Part shown: positions 55,982-64,000 of the stretch, piece after piece
Layout of the letters: the number at the start of each line of letters is the position of its first letter
Position numbering within the stretch: position 1 is the first letter of the stretch
Virus record (IMG/VR): IMGVR_UViG_3300027754_000037
Reading direction: 5' to 3' (one strand)
Length of the DNA stretch: 64,000 bases
From: a virus
Taxonomy: Duplodnaviria > Caudoviricetes
Program-made: the position numbers and the translations under genes
Notes under the pieces: model-generated
The model's input: the letters and a program-made list of their open reading frames with translations, nothing else
Database searches by the model: none
What the model was told of the DNA's origin: nothing

Positions 55982-56371
55982 ATGAAATACGATATGAATT
56001 ACATTCAGTTTTTGTCCGGGGTCATTTCCGAGGAGGAGTTCAGGGGTGAGCCTGTCAATGAACTTTTCGGCTTCGGCAAATCTGATGCTGTGGCTGAAAC
56101 AGATCCCCTGACTACTCTTCAAATTACAAGTTTCTTGAAGGCAGAAGTTACAAAGCTTTCTAAGTTTGTGGAGCCAGATCAGATTGATAAACTGAATGCT
56201 CTCCATCATGACACAATGGCTTTGACAAAGGACATTGAGGATGTCATGGGTCGTATTAATGACCTCAAGTATCCTCGAAGGACTTATGCTTCAAGTGGCT
56301 CCAGCAGCAGATTGGGGGTGGGAAGGTTAAGCGCATCTCCCAGAGGACTTTCTGGATTTGGTGGCGTTTAA
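55982..56371 (+). CDS. Hypothetical protein with YIQFLSGVISE motif
   Basis: Motif shared; terminator at about 56387-56423. Confidence 0.55.
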   Translation: MKYDMNYIQFLSGVISEEEFRGEPVNELFGFGKSDAVAETDPLTTLQITSFLKAEVTKLSKFVEPDQIDKLNALHHDTMALTKDIEDVMGRINDLKYPRRTYASSGSSSRLGVGRLSASPRGLSGFGGV

Positions 56372-56470
56372 TTTCAAAGATACTTAAAAAAGCCCCGGCA
56401 ATTTTTGGCCGGGGCTTTTTTTTGAGCCATATATGTTCAAAAAAGCATCTTGTATTTCAAGGAGGAAATT

Positions 56471-56671
56471 ATGTTGGAACTTATATTACCAGTTTTGCTG
56501 GCTACTATGTTAGTTGTTATATTTTTGGTGATTGTTGGTTATTTATTCTTAAAAAAAGACAAAACTCAAAACAATCACGATGATTACATAAGGATGTTGC
56601 GTTTTCAAAGCAAATATCAGAGGCATATTGAGAAGAAAAAAATGACGAGGAAAGATGATTCTGGGTTTTAA
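56471..56671 (+). CDS. Small single-pass membrane protein
   Basis: SD GGAGG; N-terminal hydrophobic helix, basic tail. Confidence 0.55.
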   Translation: MLELILPVLLATMLVVIFLVIVGYLFLKKDKTQNNHDDYIRMLRFQSKYQRHIEKKKMTRKDDSGF

Positions 56672-56836
56672 ATCTTTTGTTGATACAAAATAATCATATC
56701 GACTAAATAAACATATTGTTATTGGAACTGGAGCGATGATTGCGGAAGTCTGTGCATTTGATGCTAGATAAACAATCAGATGTGAATAAAGAATATGAAG
56801 ATTTTTTAAAAAAACGATCTTAATTAGGAGAAAATT

Positions 56837-57544
56837 ATGATATCTTTTGAAGACTGGCGTTCTCTATCGCAATATCGACTTCAATTAGAAGGATCGTTTA
56901 CTGCTTTGCTTGAGGCTATGGAAGACGAGCGTGAAACAACTGTTTTAAAAACACTCAAGTCATGGGCATCGAGTTTTTTGAATAAGGTAAAAGGATATAC
57001 AACGAAAATTCCCGATGATAAAAGACTTGATATTGAAGTCGATAAGTTGTTGGGTCAACTGCGTGACAAGTTTTCTCAGTATTCCAAAGAAGACTACGAC
57101 CAGAGCTTGATTGGAAATTTTGATTTCTTCAAGAACATAAAAGCACAACCTGTTGCAGAATCACTTGGATTTCTTGGCAACGCTTTTTTTAAAGGTGTTG
57201 TGATGGTTTTGAAATGGATGTTCATCAGTCTTGCAGACTTGGTAAATGCGAGTCTCAACATGCTCAGGCATTCCTTGACCGGAGAGGGCTTTTTAAAGAT
57301 TTGTGTGTTTTGGGTTGCTCCAGCTATACTTATATCGCCAGTTATGGGATTGCAGGCGATTTATGGCATCAGCAATTGGTTCGGACTTGTTCCATTCATC
57401 GGATGGTTCGTGTGGCATGTGTTTGTTAAGCCTGCGCTTTTTAAATTAAGCGGTGCCAAGCGTGTTTCCTTAGGCAGGATGGACCCTGACGATGAGGATT
57501 CGACCACGGTACTTGGAGGTTGGACTAGACCTAAGATGGCCTAG
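56837..57544 (+). CDS. Hypothetical membrane-associated protein, MISFEDW start
   Basis: SD AGGAG; hydrophobic C-terminal half. Confidence 0.55.
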   Translation: MISFEDWRSLSQYRLQLEGSFTALLEAMEDERETTVLKTLKSWASSFLNKVKGYTTKIPDDKRLDIEVDKLLGQLRDKFSQYSKEDYDQSLIGNFDFFKNIKAQPVAESLGFLGNAFFKGVVMVLKWMFISLADLVNASLNMLRHSLTGEGFLKICVFWVAPAILISPVMGLQAIYGISNWFGLVPFIGWFVWHVFVKPALFKLSGAKRVSLGRMDPDDEDSTTVLGGWTRPKMA

Positions 57545-58173
57545 TCCTCAATAAGATCTGCAATTATCTTGTTGGGTAGTTCTAGAACTATGTCTGCAAG
57601 TTTTTGCAGGTCTATTCGATTGTTGTATGGACTATCAAAATAGGATCTGTGTGCTGAGTTTGCAACCATTAATTCATTATCTTCTAACATGACTGCTCCA
57701 AAACAGGCATGAGCACAACTGATATTTTCATGTTCTGGTGGGATGTTCTCATCACCCATTTGGGACATGAGTTCATTTTGTATTTTTTCTGCCGTTTCTT
57801 TGTTTGTGTCAATTCCCCGAAGGTAACTGATAGCCCATTTTTTGAAGATGGGATTTTGAATGATTTGCAAACAGCAAAGAATGGCAAATGTTACTCTGTG
57901 GCTTCTTGTAATTGGTGGTTGTAGTGCGATTTTGGTTGTGGTGAGTTTGGTTGTCTCGAAATAGAATCCAATTTTTTTTGGATTTTCAGGAACTGCTTCC
58001 CATATTTTGGGTTTTTGAATTCCTTCATAGGCTGGATGCATAAATAAAGCAGTCGGGATGTGATCATAAACGGAAAAGGGAAAGTTGGGATTGGTTTCTT
58101 CGTGTGTGATATCGGTTCCCCACTCGACACCTCTTTCGGTCATGTCATTGCAATCAGTAACAAGGTAATACAT
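57541..58173 (-). CDS. Hypothetical protein
   Basis: Likely start MYYLVTD with SD GAAGGG. Confidence 0.55.
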   Translation of the reverse strand: MYYLVTDCNDMTERGVEWGTDITHEETNPNFPFSVYDHIPTALFMHPAYEGIQKPKIWEAVPENPKKIGFYFETTKLTTTKIALQPPITRSHRVTFAILCCLQIIQNPIFKKWAISYLRGIDTNKETAEKIQNELMSQMGDENIPPEHENISCAHACFGAVMLEDNELMVANSAHRSYFDSPYNNRIDLQKLADIVLELPNKIIADLIED

Positions 58174-58798
58174 GAGAATCATCCCTTCTGCTCTTGAAAT
58201 AAGATGGTTTTGTGCAACTCTTTTTCTGTTTATTATAATAGTTTGTCTTGGTTTTAATGATAAAAAACATCCAGCACAGTACGAGATTGCTTTCAAAACT
58301 TTGACTAGACAACCCGATGATATCACTTGTGGTCCAGCAAGTACCGTGATGGTCCTGAGCCATTATGGGAAAAATATTTCTATTGATGAAGTCAAGAAAA
58401 TAACAAAAACTGTGTGGTATAGCAGAAACGGCGTTGATTTCGGTATGACTGCGCCTCAGTTGATACGAGAAGCCTTGGATTATTTTGGTTTTTTTTCTAA
58501 GTTAAATTATGGTGGTCTGGATACTCTGAAGCATTTTGTGAGTTTGGGAAAACCTTGTATAGTTTTGATTCGCAGCGATGAGTACGCATGGCATTATGTT
58601 GTGGTCACGGGATTTAGTGATGGAAAAATAAAATTTGCGAATCCAACCCAAGGACAAATGGAAATTGTCTCTGAGGAGACTTTTGTAAGGGCTTGGAGAT
58701 GGACTGGCGATTTATCTGGTCGTGACTGTGGTTGGTGGATAGCATTCTGGTTGAGAACTATGGAAATCTATCCAAACTCTTTCGTACATTTGGAATGA
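58172..58798 (+). CDS. Peptidase C39-like (papain-fold) protein with N-terminal TM/signal
   Basis: Q..DITCGPAS, HYVVVTG, ANP motifs. Confidence 0.8.
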   Translation: MRIIPSALEIRWFCATLFLFIIIVCLGFNDKKHPAQYEIAFKTLTRQPDDITCGPASTVMVLSHYGKNISIDEVKKITKTVWYSRNGVDFGMTAPQLIREALDYFGFFSKLNYGGLDTLKHFVSLGKPCIVLIRSDEYAWHYVVVTGFSDGKIKFANPTQGQMEIVSEETFVRAWRWTGDLSGRDCGWWIAFWLRTMEIYPNSFVHLE

Positions 58799-58815
58799 TC
58801 TTGCAGAAATTTGTA

Positions 58816-58823
58816 TATAAATA
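58816..58823 (+). promoter_or_regulatory. T4-type late promoter motif TATAAATA
   Basis: Exact match 18 bp before ATG 58841. Confidence 0.55.
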
Positions 58824-58840
58824 AGTAATATGAGGTGGTT

Positions 58841-59803
58841 ATGAAATTGAAATATCTTCCCTTGGTGATGTTTTTGGCTTTAGGACTTATATGGTTGCTC
58901 AAGAGCAACAACAAATCTGAAGTGGGCGAGGGAATTACTGAACAAGACATGCCCTCCGTGGTTTTTCGTAATGTTTTAAGCAGCGCACCGGAACCTAGTG
59001 ATGAACCTCGTTGGATGAAATGGCCCAGAATGCGTGAAGTAAGCGATCCTAAATATGGGGTCGTGCTCGGAGACTTGGAATCCCACATGCCGAAGGACCA
59101 TGTTTATCGTGATGCCAACAAAATGACATGGGCGCACGAAACAACCCACGGAATCAACGCAAACATTCGTAACAGAACCTTCGACCAAGATGCTGTCAAC
59201 GGATTTTATGTGCTTCAGGATCGTGCTATTTTGCTCAAGGAGCCCAAGACAACCATTCGTGATGTAGCTATCAAGATACCTGAAGTTTTACGGGGTCCTA
59301 GCTATAAACTTTATTTGGTTGAGCAAGCCGTAGCTTGGAATGACAGGCCTCTATACCTCATGGATGAGTGGATCAGTTATACTAATGGCTCTGAGGTTGG
59401 CAAGGAATTGAATGTTTATGGCTGGCACTACGAATTGCTGCAAGCTCACAACTTCAATGTTTATTGCACTTATTTGGCTATGGTCATCCAGCGTGATTTG
59501 AGTGATTATCAAGAGACAGAATTCAAGAAATTCCTAAAGTGGAACACCGAAAGGGTTTTCATGATTACACTTCCATCCGATAAAACAGTCATAGATAAGG
59601 GAATGCCAGATGTGAAGGTTGCAGCAGCCAGTAACGCCCACATTTGCCCTCATCAAAAATTGGAAGTTGGTGGGGAATTCGACATGAAAATTGTCGATGA
59701 TTATTTGGAAGTGATTCGTAAATCGCCCCAAGCTGACAATTTCAGGAAATTTGCCAAGTCTTATTTTGGAGACGACTGGTGCAAAAAAGTTTATGGATTT
59801 TGA
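58841..59803 (+). CDS. Secreted/anchored HExxH metallopeptidase-like protein
   Basis: N-terminal TM; TWAHETTHGIN; LYLMDEWISY. Confidence 0.6.
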   Translation: MKLKYLPLVMFLALGLIWLLKSNNKSEVGEGITEQDMPSVVFRNVLSSAPEPSDEPRWMKWPRMREVSDPKYGVVLGDLESHMPKDHVYRDANKMTWAHETTHGINANIRNRTFDQDAVNGFYVLQDRAILLKEPKTTIRDVAIKIPEVLRGPSYKLYLVEQAVAWNDRPLYLMDEWISYTNGSEVGKELNVYGWHYELLQAHNFNVYCTYLAMVIQRDLSDYQETEFKKFLKWNTERVFMITLPSDKTVIDKGMPDVKVAAASNAHICPHQKLEVGGEFDMKIVDDYLEVIRKSPQADNFRKFAKSYFGDDWCKKVYGF

Positions 59804-59811
59804 GAGGAATC

Positions 59812-60294
59812 ATGAAATTTAAAGATTGGATTGTTAGTAAAGTTAAAAATGAAATGGCATCTTTCAGTTTACGGAAGGATCAGTTCACTATTCCTTGTCG
59901 TTTTTTGACCATGCGAAAACTTCCTTGCAAAGAAGAGGATGTTTACGCACTTGATATGAGATTCGAGGACCCCGAAGCTTATTCTTCTCCTTATAATCAT
60001 TTGCACCAGCATTCTTTTTTTGCAGCCTTGGTTCCCGGCACGAAAAATTATCTTGTTTATCATGGTGGTGAGCATCCTGCTGATGTGATGCCTGAAGGTC
60101 TTGCTTTGAATGCTGGATATTTGCCTGTAGACAACAACGGAATAGACCGCAGTAACGGAGCTATGTCAAGCAAGGGTTATTACTTGGTTCCAAATGATTG
60201 GTTTGTTCACGCCTTGTTGATGAATAAAGACTATGAAGAAATCAAACCAGCTTTGGCAGACTTCACGGGTTTGAGAGCAGCACACTTGTCCTGA
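59812..60294 (+). CDS. Hypothetical protein, MKFKDWI start
   Basis: SD GAGGA. Confidence 0.55.
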   Translation: MKFKDWIVSKVKNEMASFSLRKDQFTIPCRFLTMRKLPCKEEDVYALDMRFEDPEAYSSPYNHLHQHSFFAALVPGTKNYLVYHGGEHPADVMPEGLALNAGYLPVDNNGIDRSNGAMSSKGYYLVPNDWFVHALLMNKDYEEIKPALADFTGLRAAHLS

Positions 60295-60303
60295 GTACGA
60301 CTC

Positions 60304-61155
60304 ATGAAGGTTTTATACATTTTGAACGAGTCATGTTTTTACATGCGACTTGCGTGGTTCAGTCTTACCACTCTGAGGAAATACAATCCCGACATACCTG
60401 TTGAAATACTTTTTATCTGCGACAACAAAAGAGAGAACCGCTTTCTGGGCAGGCTTGAAAAGCTTGATATGGGGATTCCTTGGTTCAATAAATCGATGTT
60501 TTTTGATGAATGCGAGCATCTGGGGGTAAAACTTAATATTGTTGAAAACATCGAAATGGGAGAGGAAGAAGGCTTTCATTCAGCACAAAGGAAAGAATTT
60601 GTAAGGGTTGATGGCGAACAAATACTTCTCCTAGATGCAGACACTTTTATTTTCGATGATATATCATGCATCTTTGATAATCTGAGATATTATGATATAA
60701 TTATAGATCAAAACGAATGGAGTAATTTTGGCAACAGGTTCCCCTTCATGGGGAAATACCAAAGGCCATTTAATTCAGGAGTGGTTCTCTTCGGTAAAGG
60801 TTTTTTGCAAGAGTACGGAAAAAGAGTTTTTGACTTATGTCTTGAAATAAAACATGAAAGACACGCTGTTGGAAAGTGGCTTGGAGAATACGAATCAAAC
60901 AAAGATATAGTAATTCCAAAATTAAGTAGGGAAGAGTTCGCATTGACGCTGTTTATTCTTGAAAATAAAATTAATTTTCGATTTTTCAATAGGAGTGAAG
61001 TGCAAACTGGAAGGTTGACTGGAAGAACACGAATATATCACACTATGACTCAATATTGGCCAGCAGCATGGCAAAAATTCTTTAAAAATGGCGTTTTTAA
61101 ACCTCCTTTTTTTTATAGGCCAAAATCTTTCATAAAAATCAATAGACATCAATAG
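60304..61155 (+). CDS. GT-A fold glycosyltransferase (GT8-like)
   Basis: SLTTLRKYNP, LLLDADTF (DxD), FNSGVVLF, E..L, YH. Confidence 0.7.
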   Translation: MKVLYILNESCFYMRLAWFSLTTLRKYNPDIPVEILFICDNKRENRFLGRLEKLDMGIPWFNKSMFFDECEHLGVKLNIVENIEMGEEEGFHSAQRKEFVRVDGEQILLLDADTFIFDDISCIFDNLRYYDIIIDQNEWSNFGNRFPFMGKYQRPFNSGVVLFGKGFLQEYGKRVFDLCLEIKHERHAVGKWLGEYESNKDIVIPKLSREEFALTLFILENKINFRFFNRSEVQTGRLTGRTRIYHTMTQYWPAAWQKFFKNGVFKPPFFYRPKSFIKINRHQ

Positions 61156-61163
61156 ATATTTTC

Positions 61164-61328
61164 ATGAAAAAGAAGAAAAAGATACCTATGCATCCCACCA
61201 AAACTTTGCACATGCAATTCCATGACAAAGTGGCACCGATGTCAGCTTGTGGCGAGAGTTTTATGGGATTTACGGAGTGGCTTCAAAAGAGAGATTTGAA
61301 GCATCCTGCGAAGCGTAGAAAGGGTTGA
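61164..61328 (+). CDS. 54-aa basic protein with internal ESFMGFTEWL motif (not in the ORF track)
   Basis: Translated by hand: MKKKKKIPMHPTK..GESFMGFTEWLQKRD.. Confidence 0.45.
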   Translation: MKKKKKIPMHPTKTLHMQFHDKVAPMSACGESFMGFTEWLQKRDLKHPAKRRKG

Positions 61329-61397
61329 ATGAAGAACTGAAAGATCATCAGTTTGATGATAAAAAAGCACCCACTTTGAAGGGGGTGCTTTTTTTAT

Positions 61398-61754
61398 TTA
61401 TACAAATTTTTTGTCAGCCAACCTCTGAGCTTTCTCAATTTTGCCATTTACCAAAGCTTTGGAGAACTTTTTTTTATGAACTAGTTCTCTGACAGCGTCT
61501 ATCTCTTCGATTCCGATAGGACGGGAGAAGAAAATGCGGTGTTCTTCATTTTGATGTCCAATATAGCAGATGCTTTCTCCGCTTTCAGCATCGAGAATCT
61601 TGACAACATCTTTGCCAAGTCCTGATATTGCGTCTAATGCGTTTATCTCGACAATTTTTTTCTTTTCAATTGAATCTTTAGACTTCATGACAATTCCTTT
61701 AATGCTACTTCTTGGACAACTCCCGAGAGTTGGATCGATGGTATTGGTGTCCAA
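61398..61754 (-). CDS. Hypothetical protein
   Basis: 118-aa ORF. Confidence 0.45.
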   Translation of the reverse strand: MDTNTIDPTLGSCPRSSIKGIVMKSKDSIEKKKIVEINALDAISGLGKDVVKILDAESGESICYIGHQNEEHRIFFSRPIGIEEIDAVRELVHKKKFSKALVNGKIEKAQRLADKKFV

Positions 61755-62068
61755 GACTGCAAATTATTGCTATCTTTGGGCTTACCGCCAGCGACTCTGT
61801 TAAGAGCTACCGTTATATGCTTGGGGCTTTTTTTGCTTGGCACATCGGTTTCTACTTCAACAGCGATTACTTTATCACTTTGACCCACTTTTGTCACTAT
61901 CAACTTTGCATAATTTCCAAGTAGATCAGCGGCAGGTCCATCCACGGCTTTGCCAAGGTTGATAGTCATGTGGTGACAGATCATTTCCCATCCATCTGGA
62001 ACCTGCGAAACAAAGTGGGAAATTAAATTAGATTGAGAAAGTTCGTCCAAAACAACTGCTGTATACAT
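61685..62068 (-). CDS. 2H phosphoesterase (tRNA-ligase CPD-like)
   Basis: Two HxT motifs: CHHMTI and KHITVA; GGKPKDSN. Confidence 0.7.
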   Translation of the reverse strand: MYTAVVLDELSQSNLISHFVSQVPDGWEMICHHMTINLGKAVDGPAADLLGNYAKLIVTKVGQSDKVIAVEVETDVPSKKSPKHITVALNRVAGGKPKDSNNLQSWTPIPSIQLSGVVQEVALKELS

Positions 62069-62069
62069 A

Positions 62070-62681
62070 TCAAGCACTTTCAATAAAAGAGTATTTGACT
62101 TTGACCTCAATCAGCATCTCAGGCATACCGATATGTGTGCAAATTTTATGTTTTTTAGCTTCTTTGGCCGTCAAGAAAATGTCAGCGTGACTTTTTTCGT
62201 GAATTAATTTGTCAAAGTAGCCTTCCTTTTGACCGCAATTTCTGGCCATGATTTGGAAAATTAATTTATTGAGTCGGTCGCATTCCTTGGCATCGGCTTT
62301 GATTTCCTCGTTTTTACCAACCGTGTTGGTTGCTGCATCGTGAAGCATCAAAGTTGCAATTTCACTCATGAATCTCTTTTGGCCTGTGCTGAAGAGGATT
62401 GCTCCAGCGCTCATAGCTTTACCTGTACAGATGGTGTAAACCGGAAGGCTACACTTTTCAACATGGGATATCATATCGAGACAACCGTAAACGCTACCGC
62501 CGTATGAGTCGATTAAAATTGGCACGAAGGGCTGTCCTGTTTGCTGTGCATCTTCCATTTCCTTACGAAAATCTTTGACGGCAATTTCCGTGAATTGCTG
62601 AACCAAAACCACCACAGGGTTTTCAATCAATTCGCTATGTTTGGAACGAATGCGTGGATCAACGATTAATTTTTTAAACAT
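62070..62681 (-). CDS. clpP: ClpP-like serine protease
   Basis: IDSYGGSVY, GKAMSAGA (catalytic Ser), LMLH, D.FLTA.EA. Confidence 0.85.
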   Translation of the reverse strand: MFKKLIVDPRIRSKHSELIENPVVVLVQQFTEIAVKDFRKEMEDAQQTGQPFVPILIDSYGGSVYGCLDMISHVEKCSLPVYTICTGKAMSAGAILFSTGQKRFMSEIATLMLHDAATNTVGKNEEIKADAKECDRLNKLIFQIMARNCGQKEGYFDKLIHEKSHADIFLTAKEAKKHKICTHIGMPEMLIEVKVKYSFIESA

Positions 62682-62902
62682 TTCAGTTCTCTATAACGGA
62701 GAAATTCGAGTCTAACTGAATTCAGCATGTCAATGATGCCGATTCGGGTTTTATACTTAATTTCATCAGTTTCTTCAAGATTGGAATTTTTAATTTTTTG
62801 AATTATGTCAGAAAATTCTTTTAAATTACTTATGATTACTTTTGCATGGTCGTGTTCATCTGTGATAAAGATTACTCCTTTTTGATGACTAACTTTAATC
62901 AT
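62666..62902 (-). CDS. Hypothetical protein
   Basis: 78-aa ORF overlapping the clpP start. Confidence 0.45.
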   Translation of the reverse strand: MIKVSHQKGVIFITDEHDHAKVIISNLKEFSDIIQKIKNSNLEETDEIKYKTRIGIIDMLNSVRLEFLRYRELKCLKN

Positions 62903-62964
62903 AAGTGTCCTTGTCGTGATGGAATATTTACGAGACTTGTTTCAATAATTTTTTTGAGGAAATA

Positions 62965-63351
62965 ATGGAAAAGAACCACAAACATTTGGTGCTCAACGCA
63001 TCAGTCAAAAGCCCCATCATCAGCGAGGAAGAATGCAAAAACTGGCTTATCAAACTCGTTGAAATAATTGATATGAACATTCTAATACCACCCGTAGCAA
63101 AATATTGCAACACGGCAGGCAACGAAGGAGTTACAGGGACCATAGTGATTGAAACAAGTCACAGCAGCATTCATGTGTGGCACAAGGAAGCTGCGCCTTA
63201 CATCAGAATGGATGTGTATTCCTGCAAGGATTTTGATGTGCAGAAAGTGATTGATTTTGTTCGAGAAACTATGAATGTTGTAAGTGGTGGTTACATTCTT
63301 CTAGACAGAAATAATATTATTCCTGAATGGACCCATATTGGATCATTTTAA
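62965..63351 (+). CDS. speD: S-adenosylmethionine decarboxylase proenzyme
   Basis: G(V)TG..IETSHSSIHVW, DVYSCK. Confidence 0.85.
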   Translation: MEKNHKHLVLNASVKSPIISEEECKNWLIKLVEIIDMNILIPPVAKYCNTAGNEGVTGTIVIETSHSSIHVWHKEAAPYIRMDVYSCKDFDVQKVIDFVRETMNVVSGGYILLDRNNIIPEWTHIGSF

Positions 63352-63702
63352 CATTGTGCTCATAATCATCTTGGTTTCCATTTCATAGGAATTGCAGATT
63401 TCCCTGTGGGTTTCTGGATTTTGGATGAGCCAGTTCATCAATTCTCCCAAACCCACAAATGGCAAGGCTACTAGCACACTCGTACCCGGAATTGGACTTA
63501 AACATCCAACCAAAGCTGCTGCCATGATTACTTTTGACATGCTTTCTCCGTAACGATCCCGCAATAAAAGGTAATTTTCTTGAATTTTCTTTTTGAATGA
63601 ATCCGTGATGGAAGTGATTTGAACTATTTTCACTTCTTGTTCAATCGCATTTTCCATAGTACATTTTTCTATGAGGTTGAAATCAAGTTTGTGATCAAGC
63701 AT
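63343..63702 (-). CDS. Hypothetical protein
   Basis: 119-aa ORF with hydrophobic patch. Confidence 0.45.
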   Translation of the reverse strand: MLDHKLDFNLIEKCTMENAIEQEVKIVQITSITDSFKKKIQENYLLLRDRYGESMSKVIMAAALVGCLSPIPGTSVLVALPFVGLGELMNWLIQNPETHREICNSYEMETKMIMSTMLK

Positions 63703-63703
63703 A

Positions 63704-64000
63704 TCAAGACCTTTTCTTGAGAATGTTGGAAGCCAATTCTGACATGTAGTGTGCAGTAGGAGTCTGTATCAGTTTGCTTATTGTTTCAATTGGATCGCCA
63801 AAACAAATCCTTTTTGGCATGGGATAGGTGTACATCGACTTGTTGAAAACTGGTGGCATGCCATGATCATAGTCGATGAACGGGGTGATTTTACTGTCAA
63901 TCATCGTTGATGATAGACCGTATGTGCCAAAAATATAAGCTTGATCGAAGACATCAGACAAATTCAAAGCCCATGCTAATTTGACAGTTTCTTTCCAAAT
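63704..64000 (-). CDS. Hypothetical protein, 5' partial
   Basis: Frame open to the window edge (IWKETVKLAWALNLSDV..). Confidence 0.5.
   Translation of the reverse strand: MWKETVKLAWALNLSDVFDQAYIFGTYGLSSTMIDSKITPFIDYDHGMPPVFNKSMYTYPMPKRICFGDPIETISKLIQTPTAHYMSELASNILKKRS

Overview
Most consistent with a 64-kb segment of a large tailed bacteriophage genome. Support: dense ORFans with bacterial Shine-Dalgarno sites, two tRNAs, T4-type TATAAATA late-promoter motifs and auxiliary metabolic genes. No capsid, terminase, polymerase, integrase or rRNA gene lies in the window, so phage origin and host are inference. There are three zones. (1) 1-15.35 kb is AT-rich with genes on both strands: flavoprotein, DUF6745 pair, Ntn-hydrolase, P-loop kinase, PnuC-like protein, six tandem Ser/Trp-rich paralogs, a PlcP/LpxH-like phosphoesterase next to an Agt-like GT4, a TnpB relic, tRNA-Tyr and IscA. 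(2) 15.36-43.83 kb is a visibly more GC-rich block, almost all on the + strand. It opens with a ~1.3-kb iteron-like noncoding region and closes with a 21-bp tandem array. It is built from short gene cassettes, each headed by one of 21 copies of a ~37-bp promoter-like element. Its cargo includes RuvB, a complete ubiquitin-like conjugation set (E2-AT-hook, JAB, E1/ThiF, Ubl ending G-x-K-G), a circularly permuted GHKL ATPase, tRNA-Gly, a ~190-nt structured ncRNA candidate and two covarying kissing-loop elements. (3) 43.83-64 kb is AT-rich again: glycan genes (GTs, TylF, glf), a delta-60 repeat protein, probable virion-internal paralogs with shared N-terminal motifs, peptidases, ClpP and SpeD. All family assignments come from motif recognition by eye; no database search was run.
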